Shown here: positions 9,902 through 18,664 of the stretch, piece by piece
How positions within the stretch are numbered: position 1 is the first letter of the stretch
Layout: each line of letters opens with the position of its first letter
NCBI GenBank assembly: GCA_964236955.1
Contig: CAXSGP010000043.1
Coordinates: 1 to 37,175 of the forward strand
Reading direction: 5' to 3'
DNA from: an uncultured Oligoflexus sp.
Lineage (GTDB): Bacteria > Bdellovibrionota_B > Oligoflexia > Oligoflexales > Oligoflexaceae
DNA: 37,175 nt
Translations under genes and position numbers: made by a program
Notes under the pieces: model-generated
Seen by the model: the letters and a program-made list of their open reading frames with translations, nothing else
Database searches by the model: none
What the model was told of the DNA's origin: nothing

Positions 9902-10286
9902 GAGACCCTCCCTCGTTGGAAATCATTTCATCGCAATGCTCCCGGCGTTCATAACATGGGACGCGCGCTCAATTCAAACGCATTATGATTGGGCGATCTT
10001 TCGGCTCTAAAAATCGAGATTTTTGAAATATTCTCTTGTCTCATTGTGTTCATTGAATGATCGCTTCGGATACTTGCATAAGCAAATCGACCGATCTTAT
10101 GCTTAGCGACATACACAGTTACTTTCAGACAGCGCCGTTAAAACCGGAGCTAGGATAGGCTGCCCAAGGGCTTGAAGCCAAGTTGAAATTTAAAGGCTTG
10201 ATTCTCTGTGAAATTATAAGAAGAATCGAGCGCAATACTCAGCCCCCCCCTGCCATGGATGAAACGATCCTTTAGGAGTCATTACG

Positions 10287-11339
10287 ATGCAGAAGTTTGC
10301 GAAGTTTCTTTGGACATCGACGCTGGTTGCCGCAGGTATAATAAGTCAACTGGCTTTTAGCGAAGTTCCGGGCAAAAAAATCAAAATAGGCCTTTCCCTT
10401 GACACCCTCAAAGAAGAACGCTGGCAGCGCGACCGTGATATCTTCGTAGCGCGAGCTCATGAACTTGGCGCCGAAGTTCTTGTGCAAACGGCCAGCGGCA
10501 ACGATAGCCTTCAGAATTCTCAAGCCGAAAATCTTTTGACTCAGGGCGTGGATATCCTTGTTGTCGTGCCTCACAACGGTGTAACCTCCGCTGCAATCGT
10601 GCAGGCTGCGCATAGATCTGGAAAAAAAGTAATTTCCTATGATCGATTGATCCGCAACTCCGACGTCGACCTTTATATCTCCTTTGACAACGTTGAAATT
10701 GGTCGCATGCAAGGCCGCTATCTCTTGGAAAATGTTCCAAAAGGCAACTATGTCTTGATCGAAGGGGCGCCAACCGACAGTACCTCGAAGCTTTATCGCG
10801 ATGGTCAAATGGAAGTTCTGCAGCCTGCGATCAATCGAGGTGATATCAAAATTATTTCTGAACAATGGGCCCGCGATTGGCAAGCTAGTGAAGCTCTCAA
10901 GCATACTGAAAACGCACTCACCAAATCCAAAAATAACGTCCAGGCAGTGTTGGCAGCCAATGACGGGACAGCCGGTGGCGCCATTGCTGCTCTGAAACAA
11001 CAAAAGCTCGATAAAAAAGTTTTTGTATCCGGACAGGACGCGGACTTGGTCGCCTGCCAACGCGTGGTTGAGGGAAGCCAGGCCATGACCGTCTATCTGC
11101 CGATCCAGGTACTCGCCGGCCGGGCGGCTGAAGTTGCGGTGGCCATGGCCAAAGGAGAAACCCTCCCGGATGCCAACCAGACCGTCAATAACGGCAAAAA
11201 GGAAGTGCCGTCGATCCTCCTCAAATCGATAGCGGTCGATCGTAAAAACATGGTCGAAACAGTAATCAAAGATGGATTTCACAAGCTGGCCGATGTCTAT
11301 AAAAATCTTCCTAAAAATGAATGGCCGAAAGCTCAGTAA
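10287..11339 (+). CDS. xylF: XylF-like periplasmic sugar-binding protein of an ABC system
   Basis: Signal peptide; KIGLSLDTLKEERWQRDRDIF, VISYDRLI, YISFDN, GAPTD, ANDGTAGG, SGQDAD. AGGAG RBS. The actual ligand is uncertain. Confidence 0.85.
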   Translation: MQKFAKFLWTSTLVAAGIISQLAFSEVPGKKIKIGLSLDTLKEERWQRDRDIFVARAHELGAEVLVQTASGNDSLQNSQAENLLTQGVDILVVVPHNGVTSAAIVQAAHRSGKKVISYDRLIRNSDVDLYISFDNVEIGRMQGRYLLENVPKGNYVLIEGAPTDSTSKLYRDGQMEVLQPAINRGDIKIISEQWARDWQASEALKHTENALTKSKNNVQAVLAANDGTAGGAIAALKQQKLDKKVFVSGQDADLVACQRVVEGSQAMTVYLPIQVLAGRAAEVAVAMAKGETLPDANQTVNNGKKEVPSILLKSIAVDRKNMVETVIKDGFHKLADVYKNLPKNEWPKAQ

Positions 11340-11394
11340 GCCTAGGTAGAAAACCGACCGGAAAAAAAATTCCAGCCACGAGGAGACATCGAAA

Positions 11395-14073
11395 ATGTTA
11401 AAATGGATCTCCGTCTTTGCCTGTTTAACCGTTCTGCCCTTGAATTTAACCGAAGCCTATGCAGGCCAAACCTTAGCAGCCTTTGCGAAAAAGCCGCTCA
11501 AGAACTGGACTATTTCCTCATCGGAGTCGATCAATAACACTGGCTCGGACCTGTCGCAAGTCGGCTTTAACGATCAGGCCTGGCTGCCGGCGACTGTGCC
11601 TAGCACCGTCGTCGCCGCCCGGGTTGCAGCCGGGCAGTTTCCAGACCCTACACTTGCCATGAATATGCGTGAGATTCCGGGAACTGAGGATTATCCTCTA
11701 GGTGAAAATTTTTCGCTCTTCGACATGTCGGCCGCTAATCCCTATAAAAGGTCCTGGTGGTATCGCACTGAATTCGATCTGGCTCAAGGGCAACAAGACT
11801 TTACCTGGCTGAACTTTGACGGCATCAACTATCGGGCCAATATCTGGCTCAACGGCAAACTTATTGCTTCCGAACGGGACGTCGCGGGGTCGTACAGGCG
11901 CTTCTCCTTCGATGTCAGCAAAGCCGCTTTGATTGGCCAGCGCAATGCTTTGGCCGTCGAGATATTTGCTCCCGGACGAAACGATCTGGCACCCAGTTTT
12001 ATCGATTGGAATCCTACTGCAGCCGACAAGAATATGGGACTTTGGCAGGACGTGTCGGTCGATCAAAGTGGTCCTGTCCGAATTCAGCATCCTTTTGTGA
12101 CGAGTAAGCTCGAGCAGCCCTCCCTGCAAAGCGCGCGTCTCACCATTCGGAGCGAAGTGGTGAACGCCAGTGCCGAAGTGCAAAGCGGAACCCTCACGGC
12201 ATCCATTGCGGATGGACCTACGATCTCGAGGCCAATCACCTTAATGGCCGGCGAGAAACGCTCGGTAAGTTTTGATGCCAAGGATTTCCCCGAACTCGTG
12301 ATTAATAATCCGAAACTTTGGTGGCCCTACCAAATGGGACCACAAAATCTCCACAGCTTGCAGATTTCGTTTCAAATGGGCGACACCCTTTCTCATCGTG
12401 TCGATACCCGCTTTGGAATCCGTGAGGTGACAGTTGATATGATTGATAAACTCTGGGCCAGTTATAAAGTGAACGGTAAACCGCTCTTTATTCGAGGCGC
12501 AGGCTATAATTCTGATTTTCTCTTCCGCTTTTCGGATGCGAAGGACGAAAACGAAGTCAAGCTGATCAAAAACCTTGGCCTGAATACCATACGCATCGAG
12601 GGCAAACTTGCCAACGATCATCTCTTCGAGCTGGCGGACCGTGAAGGCATCATGGTGATGGCAGGCTGGGAATGCTGTAGCGCTTGGGAATATTGGAACG
12701 ACCAGGATCACGATCTGAAGTGGAACGCTGAATCCTATCGCATTGCCGAAGCCTCGCTGGAAAGTCAGTTGCTGCGCCTGCGATCGCATCCGAGCATCCT
12801 TGCCTGGCTCTATGGCAGCGATGGAGCGCCACCTGAGGACATTGAAAACCTTTACCTAAAGGTGATAAAAAAAACTGGCTGGCCTGTTCCAGCACATAGT
12901 CAAGCCTCGGAAAGGGATCCCAGCAAGCTAACGGGACCTTCGGGATTTAAGATGACCGGACCTTATGATTATGTGCCACCGAGCTACTGGTATGTTGATA
13001 AAACCTATGGTGGTGCCTACGGTTTTAATAGCGAAACTGGTCCTGGTGCTGCGGTCCCCAACCCGGAAAGTCTGAAGAAATTTCTGCCTGCCGATAAACT
13101 CTGGCCTCCTAACGAAGTCTGGAACTATCACATGGGAGGAACCCAGTTTTCAAATTTGGACAAGCATAATGAGGCCCTCGTGGGACGCTATGGCCAGGCT
13201 CTTAATCTCGACGACTACGCTATGAAAGCTCAGGCGCTGGCTTATGATGGCGAGCGGGCGATGTTTGAGGCTTATCGACGCAACAAAGGCAAGACCACAG
13301 GATTGATTGCGTGGATGCTTAACAATGGCTGGCCTTCCATGCTCTGGCATATTTATGACTATTACCTTGCTGCCGGCGGCGGTTATTATGGAACGAAACT
13401 TGCGAACGAAGCGGTTCACATCCAGTATTCCTACGATGATCGTTCGATCATGCTTGTCAATGAATCGCCAGCCGGGGTCAAAGGCTTGAAGGCAAGTGTG
13501 GAAGTCTATGACATCCAGCTGAATAAAATCTTTGATCAGAATCGCCAGGGTTTAACTGTGACGAGCGATCGCAGCACCCTCGTGCTCACATTGCCTGAGC
13601 TACCACTGACTACGACCTATTTCGTTCGCTTGCTCTTAAAGGATGCGAACGATCAGGTCGTCAGTCGCAACTTCTACTGGCTTTCCACACAAGAGGATAA
13701 GCTGGCTTGGGAGGATACGGACTGGTGGGGGACTCCGGTGCTGTCGCATGCAAATATGCAGGCCCTTAATAGCCTTCCGGCAGCCTCGGCTGTCCTTACG
13801 GCAAAAGAAGAATTATGTGTTGAGGATTGTGTGATACACGTCAGCATCCAAAATCCAGGAAAAACACTTCTTTTCATGAATCGCCTTATGCTTACCAAAG
13901 GCATTGGCGGGGACGAAATATTGCCCTCGTTTTGGAGTGATAATTACCTCTCCCTGCTCCCCGGCGAACGACGTGATCTCACCGTTCGTTTTGCGGCGGT
14001 GGACCGTGGCATCTCAAGAATTGTTCTGGTCAGCAAGGCCTGGAACAGCTCGGAGCAGATTATAACGTTTTAA
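11395..14073 (+). CDS. csxA: Glycoside hydrolase family 2, exo-beta-D-glucosaminidase (CsxA-like), exported
   Basis: Signal peptide; FDGINYRANIWLNG, DWNP, GLNTIRIEGK, GWECC, WLYGSD (Asp acid/base as in CsxA), KMTGPYDYVPP, GFNSET (nucleophile), WMLNNGWP. AGGAG RBS. Confidence 0.88.
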   Translation: MLKWISVFACLTVLPLNLTEAYAGQTLAAFAKKPLKNWTISSSESINNTGSDLSQVGFNDQAWLPATVPSTVVAARVAAGQFPDPTLAMNMREIPGTEDYPLGENFSLFDMSAANPYKRSWWYRTEFDLAQGQQDFTWLNFDGINYRANIWLNGKLIASERDVAGSYRRFSFDVSKAALIGQRNALAVEIFAPGRNDLAPSFIDWNPTAADKNMGLWQDVSVDQSGPVRIQHPFVTSKLEQPSLQSARLTIRSEVVNASAEVQSGTLTASIADGPTISRPITLMAGEKRSVSFDAKDFPELVINNPKLWWPYQMGPQNLHSLQISFQMGDTLSHRVDTRFGIREVTVDMIDKLWASYKVNGKPLFIRGAGYNSDFLFRFSDAKDENEVKLIKNLGLNTIRIEGKLANDHLFELADREGIMVMAGWECCSAWEYWNDQDHDLKWNAESYRIAEASLESQLLRLRSHPSILAWLYGSDGAPPEDIENLYLKVIKKTGWPVPAHSQASERDPSKLTGPSGFKMTGPYDYVPPSYWYVDKTYGGAYGFNSETGPGAAVPNPESLKKFLPADKLWPPNEVWNYHMGGTQFSNLDKHNEALVGRYGQALNLDDYAMKAQALAYDGERAMFEAYRRNKGKTTGLIAWMLNNGWPSMLWHIYDYYLAAGGGYYGTKLANEAVHIQYSYDDRSIMLVNESPAGVKGLKASVEVYDIQLNKIFDQNRQGLTVTSDRSTLVLTLPELPLTTTYFVRLLLKDANDQVVSRNFYWLSTQEDKLAWEDTDWWGTPVLSHANMQALNSLPAASAVLTAKEELCVEDCVIHVSIQNPGKTLLFMNRLMLTKGIGGDEILPSFWSDNYLSLLPGERRDLTVRFAAVDRGISRIVLVSKAWNSSEQIITF

Positions 14074-14079
14074 CCCTGT

Positions 14080-14106
14080 AAGCTGGCCGCTATGGCCAGC
14101 TTTTCT
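14080..14106 (+). terminator. Rho-independent terminator after the GH2 gene
   Basis: AAGCTGGCC-gctat-GGCCAGCTT followed by TTCT, 6 nt after the stop. Confidence 0.7.
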
Positions 14107-14176
14107 GCTAGGTGATTCCAGTAAATCCCGAGTGGATTTTCGAATGGATCGCAGCTGGTCTTGACCCTCGATGTAT

Positions 14177-14884
14177 TTATGGAGGCGCTGACTGAAGGCA
14201 ATACCGAAGCCATCTTTGGCCGGAAACCGATGTTCCCACGCTCGAATTTTCGCCACCGAAAGTATCAATTGTCATTCCTGCATCATCATATCCCGCATTA
14301 CAGGGGGGAGGGAGTGGCGGGCTGCAGGGAAGATTGGTTTCATCAGGCACCACACAAGCGGGACCAGCAACCATACCCACATCAAGATCGGCTGGAATTC
14401 CAGCAGGCGCTCGCTCTGCCGAACATAGAGCCCCAGCAGGAAAAATAACTCCATTTAAGTCGGCCCAGTCCATCGGCTTATTGGTTAGGGGATCTTTGTA
14501 AGGTGTCCCTTTCCCGTCCAATTTAGCCGCCCGCAGAACGATAGTATTGTCGGGTGCACATTCGGCTGCAACGGTCCATTCCCCGAAGCGAGATCCCGTG
14601 TCTTTTTCTATGAGCACATTATTCGTTTTTTTATTTTGGAGTTCAATGAATTTTACGGGATTGGTGACCGGACAAACCTTAGGCACCTTCGGACAATCGA
14701 CAAGGCGCTCGATGTTATGGCCTAATTCGATGAGTTCGTAGCGGTCGGTTTGCTGCTTATTGAACTTAAAATTCATCAGCATCTGAGTTTGCGCGATGTA
14801 CAACACCAAGCCTAGGAGTGCGGCAGCCACCAGGACTTCAACCAAACTGTAGCCGTCTTGTCGCTGATTTGATTTTATTGGCAT
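14177..14884 (-). CDS. Type IV pilin-like protein (prepilin N-terminal cleavage/methylation motif)
   Basis: MPIKSNQRQDG|YSLVEVLVAAALLGLV: class III signal with Glu5. ATG 14884 overlaps the end of the upstream gene. Confidence 0.85.
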   Translation of the reverse strand: MPIKSNQRQDGYSLVEVLVAAALLGLVLYIAQTQMLMNFKFNKQQTDRYELIELGHNIERLVDCPKVPKVCPVTNPVKFIELQNKKTNNVLIEKDTGSRFGEWTVAAECAPDNTIVLRAAKLDGKGTPYKDPLTNKPMDWADLNGVIFPAGALCSAERAPAGIPADLDVGMVAGPACVVPDETNLPCSPPLPPPCNAGYDDAGMTIDTFGGENSSVGTSVSGQRWLRYCLQSAPP

Positions 14885-15570
14885 AACACCACCCATGATC
14901 CATCCATTCCCCAGCTTCCCTGACGGTCCCAATAGGCTCCCATAACCTGATTGCCGGCATTGCATTGAGGTTTGACCACATCCCTTCCATCTTCACAGCA
15001 CATTCTATCGCTTTGGTTAGGATATTCGGCTGGTGGCGGGCATGAACCAAAAGTACGCGTGCAGAGAGCACTTCTAACCGTATAGACCTGCATGGAAATA
15101 GGCTTTTTCTCGATCGGCCCGCACAGAGCTCCCGGCTGCAGAAGGGTGCTGTGTATATGGTTTATATCCAAGGGCTTTTTGGTTAACGGGTCCAATCGGT
15201 TAACCCCATTTGTGGAAGATGTTACACTTATTTTTAGGGACAGATCAGGCTGACATCGGGCCTCAACCTGCCACGGACCATAGGTGGAAGTTCCATCATT
15301 CTTAACAAGAACACGGCCCGTGCTGTCCTTTATTTCGCGAAGCTCTTTGTCTACGCAGCTGTCGATTTTCTCACAGGAAGTTGAGTTAATCAGCATGGTT
15401 TTAATTATGGTTCTCTGTCTGATAAGTTCCGCCGCGCCTCGATTGGCCAGTATCGTCTTGTTGTATTGAATGAAAATGCTGCTGCCGATTCCCAGCAGGG
15501 CGACGGCAGCTAAGATTTCCAATATCGTGAAACCTGCATTGGAACGCCCAGGGGGCGATAGCTTTTTCAT
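14875..15570 (-). CDS. Type IV pilin-like protein (prepilin N-terminal cleavage/methylation motif)
   Basis: MKKLSPPGRSNAG|FTILEILAAVALLGIG with Glu5; Cys-rich body; ATGA overlap with the upstream gene. Confidence 0.88.
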   Translation of the reverse strand: MKKLSPPGRSNAGFTILEILAAVALLGIGSSIFIQYNKTILANRGAAELIRQRTIIKTMLINSTSCEKIDSCVDKELREIKDSTGRVLVKNDGTSTYGPWQVEARCQPDLSLKISVTSSTNGVNRLDPLTKKPLDINHIHSTLLQPGALCGPIEKKPISMQVYTVRSALCTRTFGSCPPPAEYPNQSDRMCCEDGRDVVKPQCNAGNQVMGAYWDRQGSWGMDGSWVVLCQ

Positions 15571-16811
15571 AGGGCATTCTTCTTACATAGGGTGTATTTG
15601 GAGAGGTCCATCCCGCCCCATCCAAAGCGATCGGCATAGCGGTAAACAACGTGCGAACCATCAGGGCACGCGGGAAAGTCAACTTGATTGTCCCCACAGT
15701 AGTTGCCTGCGGCCACACAGCCGGCATCGGAACCTGGAACCCCACTTGTTCCATAGCTGGAACCGCCGTTGCTTGGACCGGTACTGCCGCCGCCGGATCC
15801 ACTCGAGCCGCTTTGGCGTGCGATTCCATGATCATAACCAAAATCGAAAACAAAATTCATATAGGGGCTAAAAGCTGCTTTGATCCCGTGAAGACCAAAT
15901 TCTGCGGGTTCGGCATTGAATAATCCCCGCAAGCTTCTGCTAAATCCATCGAAACTGGGAGCAAAGCGTCCGCCTCCCCCTCCTCCGCCATAACTTCCGG
16001 AGCCATAGTACCCGCCATTGGTTCCCCCCGAGCCACCCCCATAACCGCCTGAACTCCCGCTGTAACTGCCTGAGCTTCCGCCGTAAGTGCCTGAGCTGCC
16101 GCCGTAAGTGCCTGAGCTGCCGCCGCTGTAACCGCCATTGTAGGGGTTAGTGCCCGAACTGCCCCCGTTGTAGCCTCCCGAATATCCCCCGGTCGATCCT
16201 GAAACGGTACCAATTGATACCTGAGTCGGCCATGGAACGGGCGGTGGGGCGGCGGGAGGAACGGTTGCACATTGAAGCGCAACCTCGTAAGGGAGGGCAT
16301 CGGCTCCCGTCACGGTTCCATAACAAGTGTTGTGGTAGAGAACGCCATCGTCGGGCGCCTGCACGCCACAGTTGATGGTGAGTGGAGCTACGGACTTCCA
16401 ATTCAGGGGCAACTTGGTCTGGGGATCCAGCATAAACGTGTTTTGAGCGACTTGGCGGGAGACAAATATCCCGTAGGTATTATCTGTATCATTCATACAA
16501 TCGACCTTTACATTCCACATGCCGATTTTCGACATGCCATCGACAGTAACCAATGGCGTGCCGCTTTTAGAGTTGAGGGCAATCGGATTGCCTGTTTTAC
16601 AGGTCTTGGGCAAGGGTGTGTCGCAAGTCGTGGCATTTTCCAAAGTGAGTTTGACCTGAGCTTTTTCGGCTACGAGTTCGTTGTGCATTTCTCGATCCAA
16701 AGCGAGAGAGGATCGCGTTGCCATCTGGCTCATAATAAATAGGCCCGAGCCGACGACGATAGTCATTGCGAATATTGCCGCCGATCCATCCTGTCTGTTT
16801 TGTTTATTCAT
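15567..16811 (-). CDS. PilX/GspK-like pilin (no Glu5) with a Gly/Ser/Tyr-rich region
   Basis: MNKQNRQDG|SAAIFAMTIVVGSGLFIM lacks Glu5. Shares motifs with the two downstream pilins. GGAG upstream. Confidence 0.72.
   Translation of the reverse strand: MNKQNRQDGSAAIFAMTIVVGSGLFIMSQMATRSSLALDREMHNELVAEKAQVKLTLENATTCDTPLPKTCKTGNPIALNSKSGTPLVTVDGMSKIGMWNVKVDCMNDTDNTYGIFVSRQVAQNTFMLDPQTKLPLNWKSVAPLTINCGVQAPDDGVLYHNTCYGTVTGADALPYEVALQCATVPPAAPPPVPWPTQVSIGTVSGSTGGYSGGYNGGSSGTNPYNGGYSGGSSGTYGGSSGTYGGSSGSYSGSSGGYGGGSGGTNGGYYGSGSYGGGGGGGRFAPSFDGFSRSLRGLFNAEPAEFGLHGIKAAFSPYMNFVFDFGYDHGIARQSGSSGSGGGSTGPSNGGSSYGTSGVPGSDAGCVAAGNYCGDNQVDFPACPDGSHVVYRYADRFGWGGMDLSKYTLCKKNAL
16047..16130. repeat. Four imperfect 21-bp tandem repeats encoding GGSSG(T/S)Y-type heptads
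   Basis: gcctgaactcccgctgtaact / gcctgagcttccgccgtaagt / gcctgagctgccgccgtaagt / gcctgagctgccgccgctgta. Confidence 0.85.
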
Positions 16812-16921
16812 CTCGCGCGTTCTCCATCAGATTGATAACTGCAAAAAAATCATGTAAGCCAGCGCTGGCAAATCAATAGTTTTTTGACCTCGAAGATTGC
16901 GCCTTGTTCTTACTTAAATTA

Positions 16922-16948
16922 CTTTCGACAAATCGAATGGATTTCTGA
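16922..16948 (-). promoter_or_regulatory. Sigma28 (FliA)-like promoter candidate for the pilin operon
   Basis: Minus strand TCAG-N15-GTCGAAAG versus consensus TAAA-N15-GCCGATAA, 110 nt upstream of the ATG. Confidence 0.4.
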
Positions 16949-17470
16949 GTAAATAATAAATTATGCGTGTATTTAACTGCAAATATTGAGGTAAATATCC
17001 GGTTTTTGGATTATATGAATAGGCTCTTGAGGTCGATGCCGGAAAACTTAAGTTTAAACCCGCTATCGGGCTGAAGGATGGAGTGACTATCTGGGCCAGT
17101 GACTTTCATGCCTCGAAGTAAGAATAAAATTGAGGTGTCCCGGCGCTTTTGAAACCGACACCGTCAATCCCTTGCGGTGCTTTTTCCAGAGCCAACCGGA
17201 GTCCTATGCGCTTGAGGCAGATACTGATAAATGGCTACTCTCGATTCCGCTTGCGCCATTGGGAGCGGCAATGTCCTCTTGCTCCGACTCAGCAAAATTC
17301 CACTTGCTGTAACTTATGCTGATGCTACCGGCCTTTTTTGGTGGAGTCGAAGCCAGACGCTTCGCCTTCCATTTTTCTAGTGCATCACACTTATGACATG
17401 GGGGAGGACTAAGTCTTGACAATCGTCTTTAAGCTTACTAGAGAACGATTTCTAACTTTAGGAGTCCTTC

Positions 17471-18286
17471 ATGAAATTACCCAATGGTTTAAAGTACCTG
17501 ATCTCGCTGAGCGGTTTTCTGGTCCTGACGGCGTGCGGACGCGATCCGACTCAATCCCCAAGCTCGGCGACAGCATCGCTCGTGAACCTTCCAGCCGGCC
17601 TTGGTTGGCCCTGCCAGGGTTATATTCATAGTCTTGATGCCCAGCATAGAGAATGCATGCGTCTGGAAGCGGCAGGCAGTAGTCATCCTTCCGTCGACGT
17701 GCTGGTCGAATTCAGAGGTTTTACGGTCCCACAGACCACCAAGGTTCGAGCCGCATTCGGCGCCTTCGTAAACCATTGGAACACGATGCGTCTCGAAACT
17801 GCTTCACCGTTCGAATCGTCTTTTGGTAAGTGTCTCAATACCAATGCCTTTACTGAAATATTCGCGCAGCACTCAAGTTACCCGGAGCAGTATCGGAACA
17901 AGGCGACTGCAATCAGTTGGGGAATTCTAAACATCCAGTATATGTTCGAGTACCATGCTCGTTCCAAAACCCCACTGGTTGTTACAAATGTTGACGAGCC
18001 TGGGATAATGGGCAGTTCCCGTCTAGGCGAAGAAGCAAACACCAATGAGAATGGAGACCTTAATCTGAGTAGTCATGCTTTGGATAATCCTAGGTATACG
18101 GGTCTTACCTTTGCTGGCACATTGCTTCATGAATGGTTTCATCGCAGAGGCTATATGCATCCTAAAACAGGTTATACGGACCCCGTCTTCCGTGGAACCA
18201 TGACCGTAGCCGCTGGACTATGCGTGCGGAATAATAATATCCTTAACGGGCTGGCACTTACTGGATTTGATTTTCCTTATGAATGA
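17471..18286 (+). CDS. Lipoprotein, putative zinc metallopeptidase
   Basis: Lipobox LTA|C; HEWFHRRGYMH matches HExxHxxGxxH; AGGAG RBS. Confidence 0.7.
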   Translation: MKLPNGLKYLISLSGFLVLTACGRDPTQSPSSATASLVNLPAGLGWPCQGYIHSLDAQHRECMRLEAAGSSHPSVDVLVEFRGFTVPQTTKVRAAFGAFVNHWNTMRLETASPFESSFGKCLNTNAFTEIFAQHSSYPEQYRNKATAISWGILNIQYMFEYHARSKTPLVVTNVDEPGIMGSSRLGEEANTNENGDLNLSSHALDNPRYTGLTFAGTLLHEWFHRRGYMHPKTGYTDPVFRGTMTVAAGLCVRNNNILNGLALTGFDFPYE

Positions 18287-18664
18287 TGCATCGGCACGAT
18301 TTCGAATCGTGCCTCGTGGGCAAGGAAAGGGCCAAGGTATCAATGAAGCTGATAAATTGAGTTTCAAAGGATTGAGGCGCTTTCGCTTTCTCACATTCTT
18401 TTTCGAAAGTTTCAAAATCAAAGGGCAGGTGCTTTGGGTTTCAGTGCTCGGAAGGGTCTAGCTTAGCGAAAGTCCGCCCTTCCCCTAGTCCAATCCCCTC
18501 GGTTCGGATTATTTGGGGAACACCGTACAGGTTGAATGGGATTCCTTGCGACAAAAGCCTTCGTAACTACCTCCTTTGTGGCTATTTTGAATGGTAAATG
18601 CTAATGGTGACCTGGGGTCACCGTCAGAAGCGAACCCGTTCTTATCCATTCAGGAAAGTTGCCC

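Noticed and set aside
10243..10250. C8 tract upstream of xylF as a phase-variation site
   Set aside because: Short, and not demonstrably inside a promoter spacer.
10272..11282. 336-aa minus-strand ORF
   Set aside because: Antisense shadow of the well-supported XylF-like gene, with no recognisable motifs.
14885..14965. N-terminal extensions in the ORF track (also at 314, 2659, 3848, 27750, 34564, 36724)
   Set aside because: Downstream starts give a better RBS and/or put the signal peptide or prepilin motif at the N-terminus.
16047..16130. 21-bp repeats as a CRISPR array
   Set aside because: Head-to-tail with no spacers, in frame within a CDS, and no cas genes in the window.
14177..16811. 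Pilin C-termini as a shufflon
   Set aside because: No recombinase, no inverted cassettes and no repeated sfx-like sites; all three genes are complete and co-oriented.
17130..17422. Short ORFs of 60-72 aa between the pilin operon and the metallopeptidase
   Set aside because: TTG starts, mutually overlapping, no recognisable features.
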